A DNA stretch of 63,296 nt, the filler included, from Choristocarpus tenellus KU-1152 (taxonomy: Eukaryota; Protista; Phaeophyceae), in assembly GCA_964200185.2 (NCBI GenBank). It is 10 parts of 10 records of this genome, joined end to end, with 100 filler letters (N's around TTAATTAATTAA, not from the genome) between each part and the next. Parts side by side here need not be neighbours in the genome. Positions count along the whole stretch, not along the records: positions 1 to 4,896 come from CAXNAD020012624.1; positions 4,997 to 12,034 come from CAXNAD020006806.1; positions 12,135 to 18,968 come from CAXNAD020007250.1; 7 more parts are not named here. One strand, 5' to 3'. A model generated the notes under the pieces. It had not been told where the DNA came from and made no database searches. It was given only the letters and a program-made list of their open reading frames with translations. This document shows, piece after piece, positions 1 through 12,850 of this stretch (position 1 is the first letter of the stretch; every line of letters starts with the position of its first letter). The translations under genes were made by a program, and so were the position numbers.

Positions 1-248
1 ATCTGGTACAGCTATTGTGGAAAAAAATAAGGCCAAGGGTTAGGGTGTGCTAAAACCATCCCCATTCATCTGAACTATTACTTGATAGCACAACAGGACT
101 GATTGGTTGGTTGGTTGGTTGTAACAATACAAGAATACACATACGTCATGGGTCATGGGCTTGGCTGGATGCAACCAAAAATGTAGACCAGGGCATTGTG
201 CATACATGCACACTTCAAATGAAAAACAACGTATGCTAGCTATCTGCG

Positions 249-335
249 GTACCAAGTACACCAAGTACACTCAAAGTACCAAGTACACTCAAAGTACCAA
301 GTACACTCAAAGTACCAAGTATGCTCAGAGTACCG
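249..335. repeat. 18-bp minisatellite (CAAGTACACTCAAAGTAC)n, ~4 copies
   Basis: Tandem units visible directly; accounts for the TKYTQS repeat in ORF 155..421. Confidence 0.9.
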
Positions 336-924
336 AGTGGTGTGCCACAACAAAACACTTGAAAGAATGCATACCACAAGAACCACCAAGGACTCAAGAG
401 TACTGGTACTATTATCATTAATATTGTTCATATTAATAATACTACTATTGGTGTTAGGACCAGAGTATCCAACATTGAATGTGCAGATGGAAGCAAAACA
501 ATAAAAATACAGAGAGGAAACAGCCCAATTCATACCTCCCTTCTAAAACCCAACTGCAAAGACATCGAGGGGCAATAAAAAAAGTCAAGTACACAATCTT
601 ACTATCAAATAGCTACTACTTCTGCAGTGAGCTCTATCATGGACACAACAGTAGAAATAATACAAATAACTTCAACAATAATAATAAATGTACGACTACA
701 ACTACTACTAGTACTAGTAATAATAATAATAATAGCAATGACAAAGGTAAAAGTTGTGAGACACTCTACTTGAGCCTCTTCTGAACTCTTCAACCTTTTG
801 GATATTGGATTCAAAACACAACGCGCATTCACTCTTCAATATCTACCAGAAGTGTCACATATCAAGGTGTCATGATTGACGACAAAGAAGTGACAAAAGG
901 GTGTTCATGATCGCCTCCAAAAAA

Positions 925-1045
925 ACATAAATATTGCTATAGTAACTGTAACATAAATATTCCGATAAAACTGTAACAAAATTATTACTATAGTAACTGT
1001 AACATAAGTATTGCTATAATAGCTGTAACATAAATATTGCTAGAA
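925..1045. repeat. ~26-bp degenerate tandem repeat (ACATAAATATTGCTATAGTAACTGTA), 4-5 copies
   Basis: Repeated units visible directly. Confidence 0.85.
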
Positions 1046-1663
1046 TAACACACTCACACACACACACACCTGTCTTGCTACCATGAGTACATCAGCTCCA
1101 ACAAGTTTGAGCCTATCCCGGCAGAATCCATCCTCTCCTACCTGTGGACCTTTATGTCATGGTTTATTGGCCAAAAGATCGCCATGATTAGCTAAAAGGA
1201 GCAGCAATTGATACATAATCGATACATAAACTATAAACAAGGCAAAGTGATGCTTTAAAGTACTACAAAGGTACAATCGAAGTTCAATGTGATACTTTGA
1301 TGTACTTGAACTCCTTCATGCTTCAAGAGCAGCTTGAAGAACTAGGTTATTACTCTACTTTTTCAGTTTTTGAATGATCCCAAGCAATACTTGAAATAAA
1401 CAAACTTGAGAGCCGATATACTCTCAAACAGTGCTTCACAGCACTTCAGCACCTTCATCCAGGTACAACTTTGAACAGCTAGGTCATAAGGTCATAATCG
1501 TGCTTTTAATTCCAGAGTGCTCAAAAGTAGTACTTGGGAGAACCAGAGAGTCATCATACTTCAAAGCAGTACTTGGAATGTGCAAAAAGTACCATCTTCC
1601 TCTGAATTAATAACTCCAAGAACTGGAGTACACACAGTGAATACAGTTTAGGGGTTCTCTTAC

Positions 1664-3993
1664 CCCCCTCTCCCCCCTCCTGCTCCTCCTGTTCTTCATC
1701 CGCCCCTGCTTGTGTTACAGCTTCCTCATTACTCTGGGCTAACTCCTCCACCATTGTTCTTGCCTGCAGAAGAGTTTATCTCAGAGCCGCCAAATTGTAT
1801 TCAACGTACACACTTGAGATAAACAAAAAATAACATGTTCATAATCGTAGACTCACTCACTCACACATACAGTCCTATTAGGGAGGCAAAGCAATGTAAG
1901 GTGCAATGACGCATGTACAACAGTGGTACAGAGAGTAGTGGGACTAAAATGTGCTGTACAACCAGTACGGCAAAGTCCAAGCGAGAAAAAAAAAAGTGGA
2001 CTAGGACTGGGAACACGATTTCCTTCCTTGTAACTTCGTTTTATCTTGAAACAGCCACAACAATAGTGTCACCTACAAATAGTTAAATTACTCTTGTAAG
2101 CACTGTATTTATTGCCTATTAACACCACTTGAATCATAAATTTTAACCTCCTCAAAATAAGGTTTATGCCTCACACTCTCTGCTTTTTGTTTTCATGCTT
2201 GCCTTCTTTTCCTCCGGGTAGTTGGAGCCTATCTGGTCCTCGCCAGTCACCACTCCCATCCATGGGCCTGTGCCAGAAATTTCGGGTGCCTTCTCCAGCA
2301 TGAGGTAGAGCATCTTTCCTCCATCTGGCAGCTCCTCTGCCAGAAAACATCAAAGCAAAAAAGACAGTGGCATCAATTGGTCAATGAACGGTTACCATTC
2401 CAATCAGTCCCACCAACCGTAAATGCTTTCAACTGTCCTTTGATTTCATGAGCTGTTGCTACGCCTAAGCTAGAGAGTCAACTAATCATTCATGACTATT
2501 GCCAGGACTAGTCTACATGTTCTGCCTACCACATTTGCCACCCTAACCACCACATCCGCAAATCACAAAGTATGGAACTATCACAAGGCAGACGAGTTTG
2601 AGGAAGCTCTCACCCATGGTCCAGTAGCAGTTATCTTTGTGCACATTTCCTCGAAGTGTGCCCTGCATGTAAGGTCATGGGTGAGGAGGTGTAAAAACTG
2701 TGCCAGGAAACACTGCCCCATCTACTCAATGTGTGCATCTAAGGAGCAAGAACTACAAGCAGTAAAGAAAAGGGAAGGTGATGTTTCAACAGGATAGTTA
2801 CATACAGCAGCAGTGTTCGGGCCATAGCACTCTCCACGAAAAATACTTCAAGTGGGCCCATGCATGAAGTATCAAGGGACAAGCTCCAAGCTTCCCTCCA
2901 TATTACAGTTCCAAGCTCCATACTTAGACTCATCCTCCCTTTTTTAGGCAACAGTTTTAATTACATTTCACTTTTTGAAGTCATTTAGAGTACTCAAGGA
3001 ACCTCAAGCCAGTGCTATTCATCGACTGGGTCAAACATTTTGTTGACTCCGCAGAAACATTGGCCCTTCCACCCCCTATCATCGACACCTCCTGCTTATG
3101 ATCATGTCCGTCTTTAACGACGTAAGCGATCCTACAGTACATAGGACAAGTACCCTCTCATGACTCGTGAGACTTTCGTTATATGGAGTCGCAGCATGTA
3201 CCTCAATGACAGATTTCTCCTCCCCTTCAAGGGCCAGCTTGATCCTGTCTTTGGTCAAGTCCAGTTTGACAGACTTTCCTTTTACCCAGGCCGGCATTCG
3301 TATGGAAACACTTATTTCCTTCGCCTGCTCGTTCCTGCAAAGAGATAATGGGGAAGACCTATCAACGAAGGAGGATGCACCTGAGTTGACACCATCTGGC
3401 ATCAAACGCAACCTGGTGCAACTGTGTCGAATTGGACCAGCGCAATTACTAGAAGGCGTTGATGCATCAAAATGCAAGTCGATTGTTGTGGGAAAATTCC
3501 TGCGCCCGGGTCAAGCTGGTGGCGCAAGATCTTCGTTGCGTCCAGCACCTATCTCATGTTCCAGCAAAAAACCTCGCGGGCTGTGAATAGCACAACTAGG
3601 GCACGAGAAAATGGAACGTTTATGAAACAGAGTCGAGAATCTGCGAGGGTCACCATCGCATCGGTTTGCAAGGTGCGCATGCATGTCGACCTATCGCTCT
3701 GCTCCATCTCCCCATCACAATGACACTCACCATGAGTACCTCGCTGTCTCTCCTGTCCCCAGCTTCATTGCAAGGGTTCGCACCCCACTGATACTCTCGC
3801 TGCGGGCGCCAAACCATACCTGTCCGGCGATCCTTTTCTCATTAACTCGCCCAAACGAAGTCGAGCACTGTGCACCCACAAAGCAAGCCTCTCGTCCAGA
3901 CTTCCACTCTCCCATGGTCAGGTGCTTCCCTGTCGCGGTTGCCAAGCAAGCCATGACCACAAGTATCAATAATAAAGGATTGAATTGTGACAT
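1664..3993 (-). CDS. CS (p23/NudC-like, HSP20-fold) domain co-chaperone with N-terminal signal peptide and putative plastid transit peptide; at least 5 exons, 3' end uncertain
   Basis: Phase-compatible exons 3993-3731, 3334-3202, 2662-2614, 2336-2203 (GC donor AAG|gcaagc) and 1763-1664 splice to MSQFNPLLLILVVMACLATATG...GETARYSWNEQAKEISVSIRMPAWVKGKSVKLDLTKDRIKLALEGEEKSVIEGTLRGNVHKDNCYWTMEELPDGGKMLYLMLEKAPEISGTGPWMGVVTGE...EEKKARTMVEELAQ. This matches the CS pattern YxW...G.L...V....W....L.LEK....W. Possible further exons near 1137-1070 and ~842-770. Confidence 0.85.
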
Positions 3994-4229
3994 GATGTCT
4001 TCCTCTGAGTATAGTATCCAGCAATTACCCGCAACGACCCTCCTTTCCAACACGTGATCCCCAAAACATGCAACCAAGTACGTAAAGGAAGGTGGAGATA
4101 GAGAAGGACAACTCAAAATTGTGGATTGTAGGACTATAATCTGTTTTTTGCTGTTTGCGTAGGAATACGGAAATTCGGATCCGTAGGATTGGGGGAGTTG
4201 TATTGGTCAGATTATACGATTAGGGTGCT

Positions 4230-4440
4230 GTGGTTGGATAATGAACGAAAGGCGGATCAGAGAAAACTGGACAGGCCTCCGACATGATCTTGCTAATCTT
4301 TGGACTGGAAGTGAGGGTTGGACCGCCAAGGGCACTAACCAACAGGGGTGGTATGAGTGTACGACTGACAGCGCAAAAACGTTAATGGCGAAATGGCATT
4401 CGAAGGAAACTGTGATACCCAATGAATGATAACGCACACC
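4230..4440 (+). mobile_element. Degenerate 3' fragment of a LINE (RTE-like) ORF
   Basis: RENWTGLRHDLANLWTGSEGWTAKGTNQQGWYECTTDSAKTLMAKWHSKE resembles, from memory, the C-terminus of brown-algal RTE-like LINE proteins (W...L.DDL...W..AA....W...V..GA..FM..W). Confidence 0.45.
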
Positions 4441-4896
4441 AAAGCAGCAGGTAAGGTCGCCCAAGTCACCAAAATTGCCTCCATCACTGTTGTCTGGTGA
4501 ATGCCAAACATTGTCCAAGTCAAGCGATCAGGTAGTACCCAAATGGAATAGCCACCTTCGTCATACTAAGGTATACCTTTGAGGTGCCCTTCCTTTGTAA
4601 GGCATGTCTCATACCGTCTGTTACCTTTCCACACCAGCATTTCTTCTTAGTGATGTCAATATCGGGTGTTAAGTGGAGCTTGCAAGCCCCACTCATTTAT
4701 ATATGTAGTCACTCCTTTCCTGAGTGATCTTCTTGAGCTTGGCTCCAGCCCTGCCTTCCTTGTCTCTCTCCTTTCCATTACTCCAAAAGGTCTTCCCCCT
4801 ACCCATTAGTCTGAAGAACATGTGCGCCTGTTTCACAGCAATGACAAAGGGAGAGTGCTGTTCGATTAGACTCTTGCAACTCTATCGGACAGTTAC

Positions 4897-4996
4897 NNNN
4901 NNNNNNNNNNNNNNNNNNNNNNNNNNNNNNNNNNNNNNNNTTAATTAATTAANNNNNNNNNNNNNNNNNNNNNNNNNNNNNNNNNNNNNNNNNNNN
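4897..4996. other. Artificial contig spacer (44N-TTAATTAATTAA-44N); identical spacers at 12035-12134, 18969-19068, 34808-34907, 38083-38182, 47477-47576, 50550-50649, 55503-55602, 58542-58641
   Basis: Nine identical 100-bp N blocks with a six-frame stop linker. Confidence 0.99.
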
Positions 4997-5043
4997 TGTG
5001 TTGAAAAAAAAAACCCGCCTGTTTGGGTTTTCGCCACTTGTCG

Positions 5044-5074
<31 letters not shown>

Positions 5075-7977
5075 ACCCACCCACCCTCAAACTCAAGTTT
5101 CAGCAAGCTCAAGATGGGAAGCTTTTTTCCGGCTGAGCAGGCTCGATGTTTCCTGCTGTCTGCCCATTTTGCTTGGGTCATGGTGGGTTTAGGCAACTCT
5201 CTTTACAAGGTCCCCTAGTATTGATCGACTCTCTGCCTAAGCTTTGCAGTGCTTAGTCATGTATTGCCTTCCTTGAGTGGCTCCACATTCTCTGAAAAGG
5301 GTCCTGCACGCCAAGCCTTACTCCACATCCAATCTTGGTATGCCGTCCTCTGGCCCATTCCTCCCATCTCAACCCCAATCCCCTTCTCCCACCCCACGCC
5401 CTAGTCTCTCCTGCTCTACAACTGAGCCCTTCACGACTGTGCAGAAAGCTTCCCTCTCAGGTATGTTAACAAAATCTGTTTCATTGCATTGTTATGAAAA
5501 ACTACTTTGTTTTTGATCAAGACTCAACATATGCACCCCTTAATGGAGAAGGGTGTTGTACTTCCTTCAGTGCAGCTGAAGAAAGTCCCTGTGGATGTTT
5601 TATGTACTCTACCCGAGCACACTGTTAGATCGATTATCCATTGCTCCCCTAACCCTCAACCCGTTACATGTAAATACTCTGAATGTATAAATATGTATGT
5701 ATATACGAAATCGCTGAACTTATGCCTGTTTGTATGCCTTGTTTGGGTACACGGTGCAATTTCAATCAGCTGTGAATGCATTTAGCCACCCAAGGTAACA
5801 TGGTGTGTAGCAATGTTTGGGTTGCAGAATGGTGCACTATGTGTTGACAATGATGGGGGTGTGGTCAAGCGTCAGCAGCATCACTAATGAACCAGCAAGG
5901 AACCTTCAGTCACAGGTTGCTTGTCTTGAGGGCCTGGGCCCATCGCCTGTTGGTGGCTGGTTCAACAAGGTGAATCGATAGAACCTGAGGTTGTTGCACT
6001 ACGCAGCATGTGCCAACATAGTGCAAATTCCTGGTGACTACTATTAGTTATCGAGTTATCAAATTACATTGTATGGGGGAATTGGTAACTATGCTGTGTG
6101 AGCTGAGAGCCTCTCTGTAGAGGGTTAATGAGAAGGGAGCAATTTGAGTAACGTAGTCTAGGTGCCTCCTGATGGCATGGTGGAAAAAATCTGAACACTG
6201 GTCTTGAACTGCTTGTACTACCAACAAGATACTATCCATTGAGTGCCCCCCGACTATGGTAATCGCAAGATTAGAAGAGGTGTATGTGGAAGGGGGGAAA
6301 TATTGCAGCTGAGGACAATAAGCATGAAAGCGCACAACTCCATCTAGGTGAACTCTCCTAGCATGACACAGTCCATTAAAGTCACCATCTGTCTGAATTA
6401 AATTGTTTGTTGTAAGATCTGGTTAGAGCCATCTTTTTTGCTTGTTTCCTTTTACAGTCCATGGATTGATGCACTTGGTTTGACTATAGGTGTAGGTGTG
6501 TGAAACAAAGAAGAGGCAAGGAAAAAATATTTATAATATCAGTAAGCAAAATGATACAATGGAAACACTGCAGCAACTCTAGAACAGTACAATGTCAGAT
6601 GCATTGATCAAGTGCACAACTGTGTCATCACATTCAACTTACGAATGAACTGTAATACTCCTTTTTTCTCTTCTAAGGCAAAGAATCCATGGTGCATGTT
6701 CTGCATACAGCTAATTGTAAGAAGAGGGAATCTGTGTGCGTTTGATGAGCAGCACTATTTATTAAGCCCTGAACAAAAGCAGTGCTTTTTTTCTCTCAGC
6801 TGTATAGTGTAGTTTGTGTGAGGGGTAGGCCACCTTACCATGCTGTGGCGACTTGCAAATCACAGGGGTAGAGACCCCCTTCAATCAGCTGTCGGTAAAA
6901 TACAGAAGAGTTCATTTTACATTTTGGTGTTTTGAGAAAACATGACCAGCAGAAGCTACTTGACAAAATATCTTCCATCATCATTTCAAGTACAGCTTCA
7001 ATGATTCATGTTTTAGTGGTTGAAATGGAGTTGATCTAGTTGTCGATCACCAGTCGATCCAGGCTTGAATTCATACATGACGAAAGTAACATAGTTCTGT
7101 TTTTTAGCCCACACCATCCAGTTTTGTATCATCACTGATACACGAAATATTTATCATTGGTTGCTACGGGAAGTGAGGGATAGAGCATTGTGAAGGAGTT
7201 TTTGAGAAAGAATTGTGACCAGTCATGGCAAAGAGATGTCCACAACCACTATCGTATCTCCCTTGAAAAGTAGCATATTACTAACGGAATCTAAAGAAAA
7301 AAAATGTAGGGAGTACAGCACAGTGTAGTGAAACAAGTTTGTTGCTTGAAAGATACGTACTGTTGTTGTGGTTCAGATTCTCCATTTCATGAATAATTTT
7401 TCACACTTGCGTTTGTCAAGCCATGCCTACCGCCACATATTCCCTGCTCTTTCTTAAAACATACCAATAGTCGCAAGTTGATTGAGGTGTCTCAAGGAAC
7501 AGGGACCTTGTGGAAGAAGCCGCTTTGAAGCATTTTATGTATTTCCCAGTACTACACACTTGGCTCCATGAACGAAGCCAAGTTTGTTGTTGTTATTTCC
7601 ACCCTTTTATTGCTACTAGACCATAGTACCGCAATGGATTGAGGTCACACCCACCTCATTGTTTCCATCCCAATACTTCCTTGAAATATCTTTATGTGAG
7701 AAGGGTGTTCTGAGGCATAATCCTCGCATCCACCACTCTTGCAAAGGGGGCAATCATGGTTACATTTACATGGCAAGCATCTTTTCTCCGTGTGGAAACC
7801 ATGCCCCAAGCTGAAGGCCTGGGGAAACTTTGATGGGGTGATGCCGTACCAGAGATCATGTCACCCTTCTTTACACTCCTCTCCCCTTACCACACGCAAT
7901 CTCTGTTCCTTTGAAGGAAAAAGTCACCAGCACTCATATAATTCTGTGTACAGTTCCCCTGTTTGTCTCTCTAATCA

Positions 7978-9279
7978 TCACCACATGTTGCTTCGGGTCA
8001 GCAATTCTCTGAAGAAAGATAGAAGGTCCCCGGCCCTGATGGTGGCCTCATCCCGCCCTCCTGGACTTGGGCGACTTCCAGGTCTGATGCGGGTAGCACA
8101 CCTCTTTACCAGCAAAATATGAGAGAGAGTGTGCCAGAGATGACAGTTGGCATGTATGTTCAAGTGCTAGTGGCATGCACACCTGTATGGTGTGCTTCTA
8201 TTTTTGGTACAGGGGTAGGTATTGTGTAGTATGTGGAAATATTTGCTCACGAATTAATTTGCAAGGCAAAAGGAAAGACAATACCACACCTCACCATTCC
8301 AGCACAATCAATACTACATAGTATGGTAATGGAAACACAGCAGCTCAAAGAGAACTCCCTGCTCTTCCACAGAGTTATGCAAGGCCATTGAAATACTACT
8401 GTGGTGGTGAAGCTCTAGAACTTCACATGAAGCACTTCACATGAAGCAACACACCGAATCGGCAACTTTCACCTCAATGAGGTAGGCCATCTCTGTAGGG
8501 CTGAGCTGCATGCCCAGTTCACCCAACACACCAGCTAGTTCAGATGCGTTCACACTGATGCTGTTTGCATCCGCTGGGGAGAGCACACCATCTGCTAGGG
8601 CAACACAAACACGTACAAGGAGCAGCAAGAGTAAAACGGGCATTGTCACGGCAAAGGGGGAAAAGGGGCACTATAAAAAGATACCTACTACAGTGCCAAC
8701 AAGGAACTGATGGGTTTGATCCACAAAAAAATTATAGAGGGGTCGTCTTTCACAACATGAACTGTAGGGTTCAGAGTGCAATTGTGTACTTTGAGGTACA
8801 TTCACTGGTGAAAGCAATCCAGATCAATGGTGGAAATGGTACTGGTTTGACCATGAAACGGCTTCAGACTATGCATACCGCCAGAAAGGTCCAATAGAGT
8901 GAAGACCACAAGGATAGAGCAACTGCACAGTTCTGAATGGCAGCGTTGTAGAATCCTTTGTCATAAAATCCACTACCGGAGATACTCCCAATTCAAGTAT
9001 TCTGCCTCTAAGCCATCCAATCTCACCCCTGACCCCTCTCTTTGGCCATTCTGAGGATTTTCACCACGATCAAGAGCATACTCACCAAGATCCTTTTGGC
9101 GACGACGGAAGGCCTTCCAGATCTTCTTGGCACATGCTAGGCAGTCCTTTTTATCCCCCTCCGGTCCCAGGAGTAGGAAGTCGGAGTGTCCCTCCAGGAT
9201 GTTGCGACGGATAACCCCTGCAATTATGTCATCTCGACTACTCCAGACACTTTTGTCAGGCTCACTCAGAAGCCTGGAC
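7978..9279 (-). CDS. Last three exons of a hypothetical protein ending in a degenerate EF-hand-pair-like lobe (5' partial)
   Basis: GT-AG, phase-compatible exons 9279-9086, 8594-8473 and 8103-7978 give ...KKIWKAFRRRQKDLADGVLSPADANSISVNASELAGVLGELGMQLSPTEMAYLIERCATR...EATIRAGDLLSFFRELLTRSNMW*. The KAF...EL..VL..LG..LS..E...LI spacing is calmodulin-lobe-like, but canonical Ca-binding loops are absent. Confidence 0.65.
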
Positions 9280-10294
9280 CTGAAGAAAAAATGACAACCA
9301 CAGGGTTGAGGGGTTGAGAAGTTGGTCATAGGACCACATCCCCTGTCCATTTAAACACACCAAGCATGCAGTTACTCCTTGTACTTGTATTATGTAGTAT
9401 CATCATCGTGTGCATCAGTCACCATGTGGATGTCCATGGTTCTCACATTGGGCATAACCCACAATTGTGTTAGCACATTGATTGCTGTACCTCTCATTTC
9501 CTGTCTGTTGACTTCACCATTAGTAATAGAGTTTGAAGAATAGTACCAACAATATGTAAGCAAGATATGTGTTAAGTAACAGGGGGAACAAGCAGGAGTC
9601 TAACAGCAAAGAACCACAACAACCTAGTCAAGGGTTGTCACAACAACCTAGCATTGGACTTCCAAGCATGTGCAATATCCTACCCAGGGTCAAGGGTAAA
9701 AAAATATATACACCCAACCTCTTTCACAACCTCACCTAATGCTAGTGCCCCTCACCCAGAACAAGAACCAGATTCAGCAGACACAGGAGTACATTATAAA
9801 CACCAGAATGTTGCCCTTACTCGATCGTGATACCCATCCACCTTGAAATTTCGAAGTTCTTGTCAATAATAAGTAGGAGTCGTATTCTTATTCCCTTCCC
9901 TCTGACCTTGCCATCCATCCAACCCCTCCTCCCCTACCACATACTCCCATCTCTCCAATCTCTGGTTTCTTACACCTCACGACCCTCGTACTTGATCCCA
10001 ACAATAGTCTCACCTCAGGGAAGTCATAGATGGGTCTCCTTCCCCCTCCCCTAGTTCAGATGTTCGGTGTGGTGACATCTCCGTAACCTCATGCATCTGA
10101 CCCGATTTTGTCCCCCTTTGCCTCGTGGTCAGTTGCTGGGGTGGAAATACCAGTTGCAAAAGAGACATAGCTTTTCTAATTGGGCTACTGAAATGGAGGT
10201 TGGGACCAATAGGCTACCTTTGTCACTTGTATGCGAAAGACTATTTCCAATGTGCTACATAAACAACAACTTAAAGGAAGAAACGGTATTGGAG

Positions 10295-10329
10295 TTAGGG
10301 TTAGGGTTAGGGTCAGGGTTAGAGTTAGG
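10295..10329 (+). repeat. Interstitial telomere-like (TTAGGG)n
   Basis: ttagggttagggttagggtcagggttagagttagg. Confidence 0.85.
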
Positions 10330-10360
10330 AAATATACATGTATATAATAAGAAGAATTAC

Positions 10361-10618
10361 GGGTGAAAGTATCTTAGAGGGTACGAGTTTTGCCCTGTTC
10401 ATCCATCTGGGGTTTGGCTTACCATGGGTTTTTTACGATATTTTCCTATTTCAACGTGTTTCAAAGTAGGTAAAATGTATACGTTATGAAAAGGTGTGTG
10501 CGGAACAAGGATATTGACACTTCCTAACAAACACAATAGCCGAAACTACATCAAAATTGCAACATGAGATTTTGGCCTCCAAATTGACGTGGCCCTACCC
10601 TCTAAGATACTTTGATTC
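10361..10618 (+). mobile_element. MITE family A, copy 1
   Basis: TIR GGGTGAAAGTATCTTAGAGGGTA ... TACCCTCTAAGATACTTTGATTC; interior alignable with 7 other copies; flanks ttac/ttac. Confidence 0.92.
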
Positions 10619-10976
10619 TTACTCGCAAAAGAGTTACAAAAAGGCAACAGGTTAGGGATACGGCTGGGACAGGCATTCGTGTCCATCTCGATGACTAAGT
10701 TAGGCAAACTCAACACACATTACTGGTATATTACTTAGTTGCAGGCAAAAAGTGGGATAATCAATTTTCGAAATAGGTGAACGATCATCACACATATATG
10801 CACCCACATATACTCAAACTAATCCTTTGTGTACAGACGAAGGCAGGTAAATCAATGGCATAGGCACCAGGTGGGTACACAAGCAGAGAGGTCAGCAGAC
10901 AGGGTATCAGCAGAGTAAACGATATGTGTCGGTATTAATGGTCAGCTGGCCTAAAACAATGACCCCTGCCCCCTTC

Positions 10977-11567
10977 TCATTCATGTCCCACTTCCTGCAG
11001 CACCTCAATCAGACCCAGTTGCCCCTCATCAGCAGCTTCTTTTTCACCATCACCTACACCCCGACCCCTCCCTTCCCGCCTTGCGTCGACAGCCTGCCAG
11101 CTGATGGCGAGCTTCGCCCCCTCTCCCTCTAGAGCGGCTGCCTTTCCCACAGATCCCCTCCTCCCCCCCAGTCCCTCTGGTAGGTGCAGCCCAGACCGCC
11201 CCCCAGCAGCTGATATACACCCATCAGACTCCTGCCTCCCACCATCTGACCTTCTCCCAATAAATGATCCATTTTCCCGCCGATATATGCAAGATTGTCT
11301 CGAAGATTCTACGCCACCACCACCTTTCCCAACGTGGGGTTCAACAGTTTGTCTCCCCTCAGGAGATGCCTTACCAATATCCTGTGGCAATCGTTCACCC
11401 CTTGCCCTGTCCGGGGAGATGAGGACCTCGTGATTGTTGATTGATGGGGGGGGGAGAGGTATGTCCTGAGAAGGGGGTATAATGTTGGATGTGTCACCCT
11501 GGTCTTGCTTCCAGCACATGACGGAGGACATGCCTGTGGATGAGCTGCCAGCACCTATAGGCTGTAC
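10977..11567 (-). CDS. Probable large low-complexity exon, possibly upstream part of the 7978-9279 gene
   Basis: 214-aa G/S/R/E-rich open frame with a candidate acceptor (ccccactacaag|GTACAG); donor and link to downstream exons not resolved. Confidence 0.4.
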   Translation of the reverse strand, partial: VQPIGAGSSSTGMSSVMCWKQDQGDTSNIIPPSQDIPLPPPSINNHEVLISPDRARGERLPQDIGKASPEGRQTVEPHVGKGGGGVESSRQSCIYRRENGSFIGRRSDGGRQESDGCISAAGGRSGLHLPEGLGGRRGSVGKAAALEGEGAKLAISWQAVDARREGRGRGVGDGEKEAADEGQLGLIEVLQEVGHE

Positions 11568-12134
11568 CTTGTAGTGGGGACGACACTGCCGTGTACATGT
11601 GGAAGGGTGGGGCAATGCCAAGAGAACTATTGTTGGTGTTGTGTGTAAATTGTTGGAATCAGATCAAATCATAAGTGTGTGCATATTCATTTGTGTACAT
11701 GACCAAACTAAGACAAAACAAACTTGAGGGAGTACAAGGCAGGAGTCATCATCCCATGCAGCACCATGGTAAAGATTGACAGGACTCAAAAGCATTTTCC
11801 ATGCACACACACGCGCGCGCGCGCACGCACGCACACCAGAAACTCTATTACAAGAAATATATAGTACTACCATGAACTTTAATTGTCAGACAGTACTATC
11901 AAAAACATGTATCGACAGCCATGAAAAGCAAGGTGCTCACAAGCAAAAGGAATTAACATATGCTCATCACTCAAGACACCAACATTCTTGCCAGAGACCT
12001 TCTCCCCAGATAGCCCTCCCCCCCCCATGATCCCNNNNNNNNNNNNNNNNNNNNNNNNNNNNNNNNNNNNNNNNNNNNTTAATTAATTAANNNNNNNNNN
12101 NNNNNNNNNNNNNNNNNNNNNNNNNNNNNNNNNN

Positions 12135-12161
12135 CCCCCTCCCCCCCAGATACTTTGACCC
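12135..12161 (-). mobile_element. Terminus of a sister TIR element (GGGTCAAAGTATCTGGGGGGG) at a contig start
   Basis: Shares the AAAGTATCT TIR core with MITE A; same motif at 16327, 18832, ~34980, 47451 and 50505. Confidence 0.75.
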
Positions 12162-12591
12162 AGTTTATACACAGCTTTGGTTACAACTAGACACCAACTC
12201 AGGAGCAAGACAAAGGGAAGAGACACTAAGCTTACCCCCTTGATATTGTCTTCCACCACTCTTGTATTCACAGTGCCTAAACTAGATAACACTCAATCAT
12301 TGAGTCACATCATTCGGCTACTTCTGCATCCTCACTCAAGGATAAAGTCTCTAGTCGTAGTATCATCATTCGTCCTACCATATATTTGTCTTTTATCAAT
12401 GAACAAAGTTCTTCACAGAGCTTCATCGCGTTTGAAGAACATGGTTTCATTATACAGACCTTATTGAACTATCTCTCAGTGCAGTCCCTTCCCTCCCTTG
12501 ACATTCTTGACTCAAACTTCTATGTTACCTCCTGAGCTGTTGTTCTCAGACCACAATTCGTCATCCCTTTGCACCCCTACAAACTCTTACT

Positions 12592-12850
12592 GAGCCAAGG
12601 TATCATATAGGATAGAGTGTGTCCATTTGAGGGCCAAAATTCAATGTTGCGATATTGATGTAATTTTGGCTATTGTATTTGTTAGGAAACATCAAAATCC
12701 TTGTTCCGGACACTCATTTTCATAATGTATGCATTTCACCTACTCTACAACATTTCGGAATAGGAAAATTTGTCATAAAAAACCTGCGAGAAGCCAAGCC
12801 CCAAACGGACAAACAGGGCAAAACTCGTACCCTCTATGATACTTTCACTC
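12592..12850 (-). mobile_element. MITE family A, copy 2
   Basis: GAGCC...CACTC ends; 3-bp TSD act/act. Confidence 0.92.

Noticed and set aside
155-421. TKYTQS repeat ORF as a protein, or the repeat as a CRISPR-like array
   Set aside because: Simple 18-bp minisatellite with no unique spacers and no splice or homology support.
4941-4952. Recurrent palindrome TTAATTAATTAA as a biological motif
   Set aside because: Always centred in identical N blocks; a synthetic six-frame stop linker.
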